Positions 37,346 to 45,880 of a stretch of 64,000 nucleotides of DNA are shown one piece after another. The DNA lies in contig JADFQE010000002.1 in the NCBI GenBank assembly GCA_022561985.1, forward strand, positions 697-64,696. Reading direction: 5' to 3'. The DNA comes from Chloroflexota bacterium. GTDB taxonomy: Bacteria > Chloroflexota > Dehalococcoidia > Lucifugimonadales > Australimonadaceae. The translations under genes and the position numbers were made by a program. The first letter of the stretch is position 1, and each line of letters starts with the position of its first letter. The notes under the pieces are model-generated. The model ran no database searches. It was not told the origin of the DNA and worked only from the letters and a program-made list of their open reading frames with translations.

Positions 37346-37447
37346 GGCCGGAGCATACACCAACGCGCCCGGGGGCTCGCTCTCGGCCCGCGGATGAGGG
37401 AGAATCGCCCACGCAGCGAACGCCCCGCGACGCGAACAGGAGCCCTC

Positions 37448-38359
37448 ATGCCCATCATCGACGTCCACGCGCACCACGTGCCCCCCTCCGTCCTCGACCT
37501 GGTGGGCTACGAACCGGGCAGAGGTGGCGGGATGCAGGGAGACATCGTCGATCTGTCCGTGCGCGTCGCGGACATGGACGCCCAGGGCGTCGAGATGCAG
37601 GCGGTCTCCGGCGTCGGCGGCATCTTCGGCCGGGACCTGGCCACGGCACGCGCCTTCAACGACGCCATGGCGGAGTCGCTCGCGCACTATCCGGACCGCT
37701 TCGTCGCCCTCGCCATCGCGCCGCTGGCCGAGCCGGAGGCAGCAGCCTCGGAGGTCGAGCGCGCCGTGAAGGACCTCGGCATGCGCGGCGTGGCCATCGG
37801 GTCCCACGTCGACGGCCGCAACCTCGACGACCCGGCGCTCGGCCCGTTCTTCCGGAAGGTCGAGGAGCTCGACATACCGATGTTCATCCATCCGGTCGCG
37901 CCGCAGCTCGGCCTCGACCGGCTCGGGAGATACCACCTGGCGAACCTGGTGGGGAACGTCACGGAGACGGCCGTGGCGGCCGCCAGCCTGATCTTCGGGG
38001 GCGTGCTCGACGAGTTCCCCAAGCTCAAGCCGTACCTGGCGCACGGCGGCGGCTCGTGCCCGTACATCAGCGGGCGCTGGGACCAGGGCTGGCGCGCACG
38101 CGGGGAGGGGGGCATGCCCACAGCGCCCAGCGCGTACCTCAAGCGCCTCTACTACGACGCGCTGACGCACTCCCACCAGACGTTGGAGTACCTGGTCCGC
38201 TTCGCCGGGGCGGACCACGTCATGCTCGGCTCGGACTACCCCTACAGCATGGGCGACAGTGACCCGGTGCGGCAGATCGAGAGCGCGCCGGGCCTCTCGG
38301 ACGGCGAGAAGCGCGAGGTGCTGAGCGAGACGGCGAGCGAGCTGTTCAAGCTGTCCTGA
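37448..38359 (+). CDS. Amidohydrolase-2 family protein, subtype C (ACMSD-like decarboxylase/hydratase)
   Basis: 303 aa from MPIIDVHAHHVPP.., with RBS AGGAG. It has ..FIHPV.., ..LAHGGG.. and ..MLGSDYPY.. Confidence 0.8.
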   Translation: MPIIDVHAHHVPPSVLDLVGYEPGRGGGMQGDIVDLSVRVADMDAQGVEMQAVSGVGGIFGRDLATARAFNDAMAESLAHYPDRFVALAIAPLAEPEAAASEVERAVKDLGMRGVAIGSHVDGRNLDDPALGPFFRKVEELDIPMFIHPVAPQLGLDRLGRYHLANLVGNVTETAVAAASLIFGGVLDEFPKLKPYLAHGGGSCPYISGRWDQGWRARGEGGMPTAPSAYLKRLYYDALTHSHQTLEYLVRFAGADHVMLGSDYPYSMGDSDPVRQIESAPGLSDGEKREVLSETASELFKLS

Positions 38360-38377
38360 CGGGAAGAGACGGCCGGC

Positions 38378-38809
38378 TTAGAGCGCGGTAAGCTCCTCGA
38401 GCGTCGGCTCGGGCATGCCGTCGTGCCAGGTTGGGTCGCGGAGCTCGAGGCGGTTCCCGCTGGGGTCGAAGAAGTAGAGCTCCCGTCCGGTGAACGTGCC
38501 CGTCTTCCGGTACTCCAGGTGAGCGATCCGGACGTTCTCCTCCTTGAAGACCTTGCAGGCGAGCACGAGTGTCTCCGGGCTCACGGTGAAGGAGTGGTGG
38601 ACGCGCCCCTCGGGCGGCTCCGTCGCGGGCTTCTCGCGCTCGCACAGCAGTATGTTGTGGTCCCCCACGTTGAAGCACGACATCACCTGGTTGCCGAGCC
38701 GCCCCAGCGGCTTCAGGCCGAGCAGGTCGCCGTAGAACTTCTCCGACTCCGTGAGGTCGTTCACCGCGATCGACCAGTGCGTGACGCCTTCCATCTTGAG
38801 CTTCCCCAT
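38378..38809 (-). CDS. VOC family protein (glyoxalase-like, single domain pair)
   Basis: 143 aa from MGKLKMEGVTHWSIAVNDL.. It contains ..HHSFTV.. and ..LYFFDPSGNRLEL.. Confidence 0.7.
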   Translation of the reverse strand: MGKLKMEGVTHWSIAVNDLTESEKFYGDLLGLKPLGRLGNQVMSCFNVGDHNILLCEREKPATEPPEGRVHHSFTVSPETLVLACKVFKEENVRIAHLEYRKTGTFTGRELYFFDPSGNRLELRDPTWHDGMPEPTLEELTAL

Positions 38810-38959
38810 CGCCGGCCCCCTTTCGACGCGCCGCCGATCTTGAGGAGCGGCGGCAAGCAAGAGGATACGCCCCAGGCGCGGCGAGCGCGACGGCACGGCG
38901 TTTGACGCTCGGGCCGTCCAGGACTAGGGTGCGCGCAGCACACGTGAGGAGGGGGAGCC

Positions 38960-39409
38960 ATGGCTGAGAAGACCAAGGTTGAGCACAAGCTGCAGCCCTT
39001 CAAGTACGAGAAGCCCGACATCAGAGAGGGCCGGGGGAAGGGGAGCACGGGGCTGGCCAGGACCGACGTGGTCGGCGTGAGCGTCCAGGCCGTCGTGGAC
39101 GGCGGGGAGACCAACCTCCACGCCCACCCCGGCACGGACGGCATCTGGTTCGTGCTCGCGGGCCGCGCCCGCTTCTACGACGACGTCACCTCGGTGGCGT
39201 GCGAGCTCGGCGCCCACGAAGGCGTGCTCGTCCCACACGGCGTGAAGTACTGGTTCGAGAGCGCCAGCGACGAGCCGCTGGAGATCATGCACATCACGGG
39301 CCGCGTCCCCGGCGCGAAGAGCGAGCGCATGAACTACACGCCCATCCTGCCGCAGCAGGAGCAGCGCGGCATCAACGTGTACGAGTACCAGGAGAAGCGC
39401 AAGTCCTAA
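38960..39409 (+). CDS. Cupin domain protein (single barrel)
   Basis: 149 aa. It contains ..GGETNLHAHPGTDGIWFVLAGRARF..VLVPHGVKYWFES.. Confidence 0.65.
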   Translation: MAEKTKVEHKLQPFKYEKPDIREGRGKGSTGLARTDVVGVSVQAVVDGGETNLHAHPGTDGIWFVLAGRARFYDDVTSVACELGAHEGVLVPHGVKYWFESASDEPLEIMHITGRVPGAKSERMNYTPILPQQEQRGINVYEYQEKRKS

Positions 39410-39483
39410 CGCCCGCGTTCTCTTACGCGGCCCTCACGACGGCACACAGCTTTGTACGAACGCCCACCACAGATGGAGAACCC

Positions 39484-40245
39484 ATGCCCGCTTACATCGG
39501 ACTGAGCACGAAGGTCGTGCAGCTCAAGGGCTACAACGGCGACACGGTCGACGCGTACGCCGGAGCGCCTGATGCCCCGGGGCCCGTCCCCGGCGTCGTC
39601 GTCATCCATCACATGCCCGGCTGGGACGAGTGGAGCATGGAGGTCGTGCGCCGCTTCGCACACCACGGCTTCGCGGCGATCTGCCCCAACCTGCACCAGC
39701 GCGGCGGCCAGGGTACCAACGAAGAGATCATCCAGCGCATCCGCGACGCCGGCGGCGTCAACGACGCCCAGTCCTTCGGCGACCTGCAGGCGGCGGTGGA
39801 CCATCTGCTCGCCTCGCCGCTCTCCAACGGCAAGGTGGGCATCATCGGCTTCTGCTCGGGCGGGCGTATCTGCTACATGGCGGCAGCGCGCCTCGATGGG
39901 GTCGATGCCGCGGTGGACTGCTGGGGCGGCAATATCACGAGCCCGCCGGCCGAGGTGACCGACCTGCGCCCGGTGGCGCCGATCGACATGACGCCCGATA
40001 TCAAGTGCCCGATGCTCGGCATATTCGGCAACGACGACACCAACCCCGGCCCGGAGCAGGTGGACGCGATCGAGGCCGAGCTCAAGAAGCACGGCAAGAC
40101 CTACGAGTTCCACCGCTACGACGGCGCGGGCCACGGCTTCTTCGCCTGGGAGCGCCCGAACTACCGCCAGGAGCAGGCGGGGGAGGCCTGGGAGCGGGTC
40201 TTCGCCTTCTACGAGAAGCACCTCGGCGCGCCCGCGACGGCCTAG
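39484..40245 (+). CDS. Dienelactone hydrolase family protein
   Basis: 253 aa from MPAYIGLST.. It has the nucleophile motif IIGFCSGGR and ..YDGAGHGF.. Confidence 0.8.
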   Translation: MPAYIGLSTKVVQLKGYNGDTVDAYAGAPDAPGPVPGVVVIHHMPGWDEWSMEVVRRFAHHGFAAICPNLHQRGGQGTNEEIIQRIRDAGGVNDAQSFGDLQAAVDHLLASPLSNGKVGIIGFCSGGRICYMAAARLDGVDAAVDCWGGNITSPPAEVTDLRPVAPIDMTPDIKCPMLGIFGNDDTNPGPEQVDAIEAELKKHGKTYEFHRYDGAGHGFFAWERPNYRQEQAGEAWERVFAFYEKHLGAPATA

Positions 40246-40270
40246 GCGCGCTCCTCGGCCTCGCGGCCCC

Positions 40271-41050
40271 CTAGTCGTCGAGCTTGACGAGCTTCCCGTC
40301 TCTCGCGGTGATCTGGTTGCCGGTGAGCTCCATCGGCGCCTCGGCCGCGAGGATGTAGCGGTCCTTGACGACGTCGCCGACCCAGCGCATGCGCGCGCGG
40401 TTCTCGGCGGGCGTCTCGTCGGTGGCGATCCCACGCAACCCGTCGTTGGGCTGGGCGTCGCCGCCGCCGGGGCCCATGCTCACGATGCAGATGTTGTGCT
40501 CACGCTCCTCGGCCGCCACCTCCTTGGTGAACGCACGGATCGCGACCTTCGAGACGTGGTAGACGCAGGCGCCGATGGAGTCGGGCTCCCGGTCGTTGCG
40601 GACGTTGCCCTGGCCGAAGTTGATGATGTGCCCCCCGCCTTGGGCCACCATGAAAGGGATCACGGACTTGGTGGCGTGGAAGGTGCCGATGAGGTTCGTG
40701 CGGATGATGTTGTCGAAGAAGCTTGAGTCCATGTCGCGGATCGCCGGCCACCGGGGCGAGCCGGCCATGAAGTGCGTGACGATGCCCGCGTCGTTGATGA
40801 GCACGTCGATGCGGCCGTAGTGCTTGTGCACCTGCGCCATCGCGGCTTTGACCTGCTCCTCGTCGCGGAGGTCGGTGTGGACCGGGAGCACCTGCGCGCC
40901 CAGCTCCGCGACCTCGCTGGCCACGTCCTCCATCGGCGCGATGTCCACGATCGCGAGCCTGGCGCCCGCCGCCGCGAACTCACGCGCGTTGTACCTGCCG
41001 ATGCCCATGGCACCGCCGGTGATGATCACCACCTTGTCTTTCACGGCCAT
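40271..41050 (-). CDS. Short-chain dehydrogenase/reductase (SDR)
   Basis: 259 aa from MAVKDKVVIITGGAMGIG.. It has NDAG and YHVSKVA. Confidence 0.8.
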   Translation of the reverse strand: MAVKDKVVIITGGAMGIGRYNAREFAAAGARLAIVDIAPMEDVASEVAELGAQVLPVHTDLRDEEQVKAAMAQVHKHYGRIDVLINDAGIVTHFMAGSPRWPAIRDMDSSFFDNIIRTNLIGTFHATKSVIPFMVAQGGGHIINFGQGNVRNDREPDSIGACVYHVSKVAIRAFTKEVAAEEREHNICIVSMGPGGGDAQPNDGLRGIATDETPAENRARMRWVGDVVKDRYILAAEAPMELTGNQITARDGKLVKLDD

Positions 41051-41148
41051 CGTGCACGCTCCTCGCCCGCCTGGGGTGTTGGGCCGCCTCGGCGGCCGCG
41101 CGCAGGGTAGCTGGTTCCGGCTGATCCCGCCACCGCACGCCCGCTTTT

Positions 41149-41177
41149 TTGACAATCTCCCGCCGGGCACCTAGCCT
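41149..41177 (+). promoter_or_regulatory. Candidate sigma-70-type promoter for bicupin P3 (TTGACA-N17-TAGCCT, T-rich upstream)
   Basis: The -35 hexamer is a perfect TTGACA at 41149-41154. The spacer is 17 nt and the -10 is TAGCCT at 41172-41177. It lies ~65 nt upstream of the ATG at 41241, which has RBS GAGGAGG. Confidence 0.35.
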
Positions 41178-41240
41178 CGCGGGGCGGCAGCGGGCATCCT
41201 TGCGCCAGGGCCGCATCCGGACCATCCGAGGAGGCCAAGC

Positions 41241-42359
41241 ATGACCCAGCAAGTCGACCTGCCGAAGCACACGTCCTGGGAGCGGTGGGTCCAGAGCGAG
41301 GGCCTCTCCGTCACCCAGCAGCAGCTGATCCCCGACGTGCTCACCCACCCACTGGAGCCGTGGGCGCGCACGGGGGTCGACGCCGCGCTCCTGGACTTCA
41401 CGCCCGAGGACCCGCCGGGCGGCGGGCACCTCGTGCACCAGGGGACCTCACGCTACATGTGCGAGATCCCGAAGGGGGGCACGTACAAGGCCGAGCGCCA
41501 CATGTACGAGGAGATCTTCTACGTCATCGCCGGGCGCGGAGCGACGACCGTCTGGTACGACGGCAGTCCCAAGCAGACCTTCGAGTGGCAGGAGGGCAGC
41601 GTCTTCTCCATCCCGCTGAACGCCTGGCACGAGATCTACAACGCCAGCGGCGAGCAGCCCGCCCGTTTGTACGCCTGCTTCACGGCGCCCATGGTGCTCA
41701 ACATGTACGGGATCTCGGACTTCATCTTCAACTCGAACGCGACCTTCCCCGACCGCTTCGACCCCTACGACGAGACGTACTTCAGCGGCAAGTCCCTCCG
41801 TCTGCAGGACCGGCTCGTCAAGACCAACTTCGTCTCCAACGTGCTCACGATGGGGCTGGACGACCACGGACGGCGCGGGCCCGGCACGAACATGCACGCC
41901 ATCATGGCCAACGGGCATTTCGTCTGCCACGTCTCGGAGTTCCCCGGCCAGACCTACAAGAAGGCCCACAGCGCGGGGGAGTTCATCCGGCACCGCGCCG
42001 GGCTGACGTCGGACGTCGCGTATCTGTTCCTCAACGGCGATGGGTACGACATCCAGTGGGCCTGGGGCACGACGCCGGGCCCCGGCGTGCCCTTCGAGCG
42101 CATCGACTACAAGGCGGGGTCGCTGCTGACGCCGGGCTCCGGCTACCACCAGCACTTCAACGCCACGACCGAGCCGCTCCGGTACGTGGTGCTGCGCTTC
42201 GGCAGCCCGGAGCTGCTGGGGCGGAGGGCCGTGGGAGGGCTCTCGAAGCCGCCGCAGATCGAGTTCGACGAGGAGGACCCAGCCGTCTGGGAGACCTTCG
42301 TCGAGGAGCTCGCGAGCCGCGGCCTCAAGCCCAAGATGCAGGACTACAAGGGGAAGTAG
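41241..42359 (+). CDS. Bicupin protein, paralog P3 (divergent; degenerate HxH)
   Basis: 372 aa. It has KKAHSAGEFIRHRAG in place of KKAH[LR]HGPG and retains GSGYHQHFN. The tail has IEFDEEDPAVWETFVEELASRG. Confidence 0.75.
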   Translation: MTQQVDLPKHTSWERWVQSEGLSVTQQQLIPDVLTHPLEPWARTGVDAALLDFTPEDPPGGGHLVHQGTSRYMCEIPKGGTYKAERHMYEEIFYVIAGRGATTVWYDGSPKQTFEWQEGSVFSIPLNAWHEIYNASGEQPARLYACFTAPMVLNMYGISDFIFNSNATFPDRFDPYDETYFSGKSLRLQDRLVKTNFVSNVLTMGLDDHGRRGPGTNMHAIMANGHFVCHVSEFPGQTYKKAHSAGEFIRHRAGLTSDVAYLFLNGDGYDIQWAWGTTPGPGVPFERIDYKAGSLLTPGSGYHQHFNATTEPLRYVVLRFGSPELLGRRAVGGLSKPPQIEFDEEDPAVWETFVEELASRGLKPKMQDYKGK

Positions 42360-42393
42360 CGCCGCGCCCACCAGCGCGGGGCGCGCTGCGGCT

Positions 42394-43446
42394 TCATCCG
42401 GCGCTCTCCAGGACCACGTCGAGCGCGTCGGCGCCGATCTCGAACCGCGTGCCGAAGGGCGCCGAGATGGACTGGATGTGCTGCACGGTCTCTCGCGCCT
42501 GCGCCGGGGCGGAGAACTCGGGTGGACCGTTGCCCTCGTACCATCCCGGGAACAGGGACACGCGCCGGATCCGGCCGTCCGTGACCAGGCAGCGCGTCAG
42601 CATCGCCGGGTAGCTCGTGGTGCGCTCTCCGTAGTGCATGTCGTGGACCAGGTTGCCGAGGCAGTAGAGGATGGCCTTGCCCCGATAGACCTCGATGGGC
42701 TGGAGCACGTGTGGGTGATGCCCGGCCACCAGGTCGGCGCCGGCGTCGATGGCGAAGCGGGCCATCTCGGTCTGATAGTCCATGAGCTTGCCTGTCCCGC
42801 CCGAGGCTGAGGACACGCCCCAATGCCAGGAGACGATGACGACGTCCGCCTGCTCCCGGGCTGCGCGTATGTCCTCTTCCAGTGCGTCGCGGTCCTCGCC
42901 GTGGTCGGGCACCGTGTGGATGATCGGTGGCGAGCCCGGCACGTGGTGCACGCGCATGCGCGGCTCGTAGTAGGTCGCGACGCGGTAGTGGGCGACGCCG
43001 CCGCGCTCGGGGGTCGCCGCAGCCTCCGGTGCGCCAACGGACGTCCGGCACACGAACGCGACCCGCGTTCCGTTCCGCTCGATGATGGCCGGGCGGCGCG
43101 CCTCGGCGAGCGTGCGGCCTCCACCGCCGTGGACGATCCCCGCCTCATCGAGCACATCGAGGCACCGGAAGAACGCGCCGAGGCCATGCCACGTCGTCAC
43201 GTTGTTCGCCAGGTTGACGACGTTGAAGCCGGCGCGCGCGTAGGCGGCCAGCTTCCACTCGTCGGTCCGGGGATGGGAGTCGTGGTCGTCGGGCGCGAGG
43301 TATCCGAGGTCGGCCACCACCGTCTCCAGGTTGCAGAACGCGATATCCGCGTCCGCCAAGAGGTGCCGCGCGGTGTCGAATGCGGTGTCCGGGTCGGGCC
43401 TGCCGACGAAGGTGTCGCCGACCATCACGATGCTGACGTCGCCCAC
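42394..43446 (-). CDS. CapA/PgsA family metallophosphatase-like protein
   Basis: 350 aa with a GTG start preceded by GGAGGAGG. It contains ..VMVGDTF.., ..IAFCNLE.., ..VIVSWHWG.. and ..LVAGHHPHVLQP.. Confidence 0.75.
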   Translation of the reverse strand: MGDVSIVMVGDTFVGRPDPDTAFDTARHLLADADIAFCNLETVVADLGYLAPDDHDSHPRTDEWKLAAYARAGFNVVNLANNVTTWHGLGAFFRCLDVLDEAGIVHGGGGRTLAEARRPAIIERNGTRVAFVCRTSVGAPEAAATPERGGVAHYRVATYYEPRMRVHHVPGSPPIIHTVPDHGEDRDALEEDIRAAREQADVVIVSWHWGVSSASGGTGKLMDYQTEMARFAIDAGADLVAGHHPHVLQPIEVYRGKAILYCLGNLVHDMHYGERTTSYPAMLTRCLVTDGRIRRVSLFPGWYEGNGPPEFSAPAQARETVQHIQSISAPFGTRFEIGADALDVVLESAG

Positions 43447-43540
43447 CCGAACGCCTCCTCCGGCGTGGTCTTAGCCGGCCTGCCCACCACTCCGCCTGAC
43501 CGTCCCCCTCAGCGCCAGCCGGCCTCCTACGTGCGCCCCT

Positions 43541-43592
43541 GGTTGTGGGTCCAGGGCTGTGCCCTGGTTGTGGGTCCAGGGCTACGCCCTGG
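43541..43592 (-). repeat. Stop-associated hairpin element, copies 5a/5b (25-bp tandem: GGTTGTGGGTCCAGGGCT[GT/AC]GCCCTGG)
   Basis: In the second copy the CTA in the loop is the TAG stop of 43582..44565, and the left arm encodes ..TRA. Confidence 0.55.
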
Positions 43593-44565
43593 TGCCCTGG
43601 TGCTCTTGGTACCAGCGCTCCGCGCCCGGATGCAGCGGGACGTCGAGCGGCGTCGCTTTGGTATCGCGCCCAAGCTGACCGATGTCCGTATACGCGCCCT
43701 CCTCCCAGGGGATGTCGTCCACGCGCGCCGCGAAGGCCGCGCACACGCGGTAGGCGACGTCGTCCGGGAGCGAGGCTCGCGTGTAGAGCGGCCAGCCGCT
43801 GAAGTCGATGCCGACCGTGTCCGCGTCCAGCCCTGCTCTCCCCGCGGGGATCGTGGCGCGGCGCCAGCCGATGGCCTCGAGATGGACAAGCGTGTCCTCA
43901 TCGAACGTGAGCGGCCGCAGGCCTGCTGCCAGCGCGGAGGGGAGCCAGCCGCCGATGCCTTCGTCGAAGACCGCGTCGATGGTGCCGTCCGCGATCGCCC
44001 CCATGCGCCGGGGGTCGCTCGGCGAGCCGATGAGCTGCAGGCTGCCCCCCCACGACTCGATGTCGGCCATCGTGAAATCGTGGAGGGCGAACATCTGGTC
44101 CATGAGCACGCGGGTGGCGTGCGCCTCGCTCGCTCGGATCGACACGCGCAGCGGGTATCGCTTGGCCTTGAGGTCGGCGACGGAGGTGAGGCCGGTCCGC
44201 TCATGGACGGCCATGACGAAGTGGTCCCACGACGGAAAGTTCGCGACGACGCGGACCGGGAGCGGCTCGGAGAAGAGCCCGGTGCCCCTGTAGGCCTGGG
44301 TGAGGCAGCCGGACGGGTTCAGGAACGCCATCTCGATGCCGCCGCCCACGACGTCGTGGGCGAGCAGGGGGGTGCCCGTGGCGAAGCGCAGCCACGGCTC
44401 GAAGCGCTCACCCGTCCCGTTGCCGATGACCATCGAGATGTCGCGGTCGTCGCCCGGTCGCTCCCGGTCGTTGACGATCTCGAATGCGATCTGCCACAGC
44501 GTCATGGCGCGCGCGGTGCTTCCTGATGCACGGGGCCGGCTCTTGCTCTGGCTTTGACTCTGCAC
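43582..44565 (-). CDS. TAXI/NMT1-like periplasmic-binding-fold protein without an obvious signal peptide
   Basis: It contains ..LRFATGTPLLAHDVVGGGIEMAFLNPSG.. and ..LHPGAERWYQE.., typical of TAXI-type solute receptors. The start is uncertain: a GTG at 44565 preceded by GAGGAGG, or an ATG at 44505. Confidence 0.55.
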   Translation of the reverse strand: MQSQSQSKSRPRASGSTARAMTLWQIAFEIVNDRERPGDDRDISMVIGNGTGERFEPWLRFATGTPLLAHDVVGGGIEMAFLNPSGCLTQAYRGTGLFSEPLPVRVVANFPSWDHFVMAVHERTGLTSVADLKAKRYPLRVSIRASEAHATRVLMDQMFALHDFTMADIESWGGSLQLIGSPSDPRRMGAIADGTIDAVFDEGIGGWLPSALAAGLRPLTFDEDTLVHLEAIGWRRATIPAGRAGLDADTVGIDFSGWPLYTRASLPDDVAYRVCAAFAARVDDIPWEEGAYTDIGQLGRDTKATPLDVPLHPGAERWYQEHQGTRA

Positions 44566-44628
44566 GGGGGAGGCCTCCTCAACCGGGGGGACTTGGCTAT
44601 GCCGACGGGCGGGGCCGTCCGCACACAA

Positions 44629-45819
44629 TCAGGATGCGTCGGCCGCCGTCTTGGCCGCTGCGCTCTGGACCTCGGTGGTGAGGTGGAAGTAGTCGATGAC
44701 GTTGCCGCCGATCATGCGCTGCAGCTCGTCCTCCGGGACGCCGGTGAAGATCTCTTCGATCACGTGCTGGGACTCGGGCCAATCGGTCTCCGCGTGGGGG
44801 AAGTCGGTGGCCCAGAACATGTTGCCGACGCCGATCTGATCGCGGACGCGCACGCCGGAGATGTTGTGCATGAAGCCCCAGGAGAAGTGCTCGCTCACGT
44901 ATTCGGATGGCTTCCGGCTGAGTCTCTTCATGCCCGTGAGCCGCTCCGCCCAGGGGATGGCCCGGGCGTACTGGTCGTCGAGGGTGTCGAGGAAGTGGGG
45001 TATCCAGCCGACCTGCGTCTCGGCGAAGTAGAAGCGCAGCTTCGGGAAGCGGTCGAAGACGCCCGTGAAGATCATCTGGAGCGCGTTGCCGGCACCCCTG
45101 ACCGCGTACTGCGTGAACTTCGAGAAGGGGTCGACCCCGCCTGCGACCTCGTTGAGGTCGTAGTCGTAGCGGTAGGAGGTCCGGACGGGGGTCTTGCTGG
45201 CGAACTGCACGTGTCCGGTGAGTGGCATGTCGAGATCGAGCGCGGCCGCCCAGAAGAGGTCGTCCTCCGGTGAGGGGTACTCCCCGCCGCTCGGGTACTT
45301 CGAGAGGTACACGCCCTTGAGCCCCGCGCGGGCGCAGTACTCCATCTCCGCGATGGCGTCCTCCACGCTGGTGTCCGGCAGGAGCCCCATGCCCATGAGC
45401 CGCTCGGGGGCCACGGCGCAGTACTCCTCCGCCAGGAACTCGTTCCAGGCACGGATCGTCGCCTTGTAGGCGGCGAGGTCGTCGATCCCCGCGTAGAAGG
45501 CCGGGCCCTGGACGTAGGTGTAGAGGATCTCGCCGTCGATGCCGTCGACGTCCTGCTCCTCCAGGCGCTGCTCGGGGCTGCCGGCGCCCGGCGAGCCCTC
45601 GAACTGGCCACCGATGGGCGAGCGGCTCTCGTACGGTCCGATGAGCCCGCCGTGGAAGCGGAACGACTTGTCGTTGATGACGGTCGTATCCGTGCCGTCG
45701 GGCAGCCGGACCGTCCGGGGGGCCTGGTCCCGGTACTTGGCCGGGATGTGCGGGGTCCAGCGCTCCGCAGCGAGCTGCAGGTGCGAGTCCCCCGAGATGA
45801 CGCGGTAGTCCCTGACCAT
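44629..45819 (-). CDS. Amidohydrolase-2 family protein, subtype A
   Basis: 396 aa. It has YRVISGDSHLQL..KYRDQAPRTVRLPDG and ..WATDFPHAETDWP.. It is a clear paralog of 10234..11406. Confidence 0.8.
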   Translation of the reverse strand: MVRDYRVISGDSHLQLAAERWTPHIPAKYRDQAPRTVRLPDGTDTTVINDKSFRFHGGLIGPYESRSPIGGQFEGSPGAGSPEQRLEEQDVDGIDGEILYTYVQGPAFYAGIDDLAAYKATIRAWNEFLAEEYCAVAPERLMGMGLLPDTSVEDAIAEMEYCARAGLKGVYLSKYPSGGEYPSPEDDLFWAAALDLDMPLTGHVQFASKTPVRTSYRYDYDLNEVAGGVDPFSKFTQYAVRGAGNALQMIFTGVFDRFPKLRFYFAETQVGWIPHFLDTLDDQYARAIPWAERLTGMKRLSRKPSEYVSEHFSWGFMHNISGVRVRDQIGVGNMFWATDFPHAETDWPESQHVIEEIFTGVPEDELQRMIGGNVIDYFHLTTEVQSAAAKTAADAS

Positions 45820-45880
45820 GCCTTCACCTCCCTACGTTTCAACAGCCAGACCGGAGTGGGGCTGTTTGAAGTGCTGCCGG

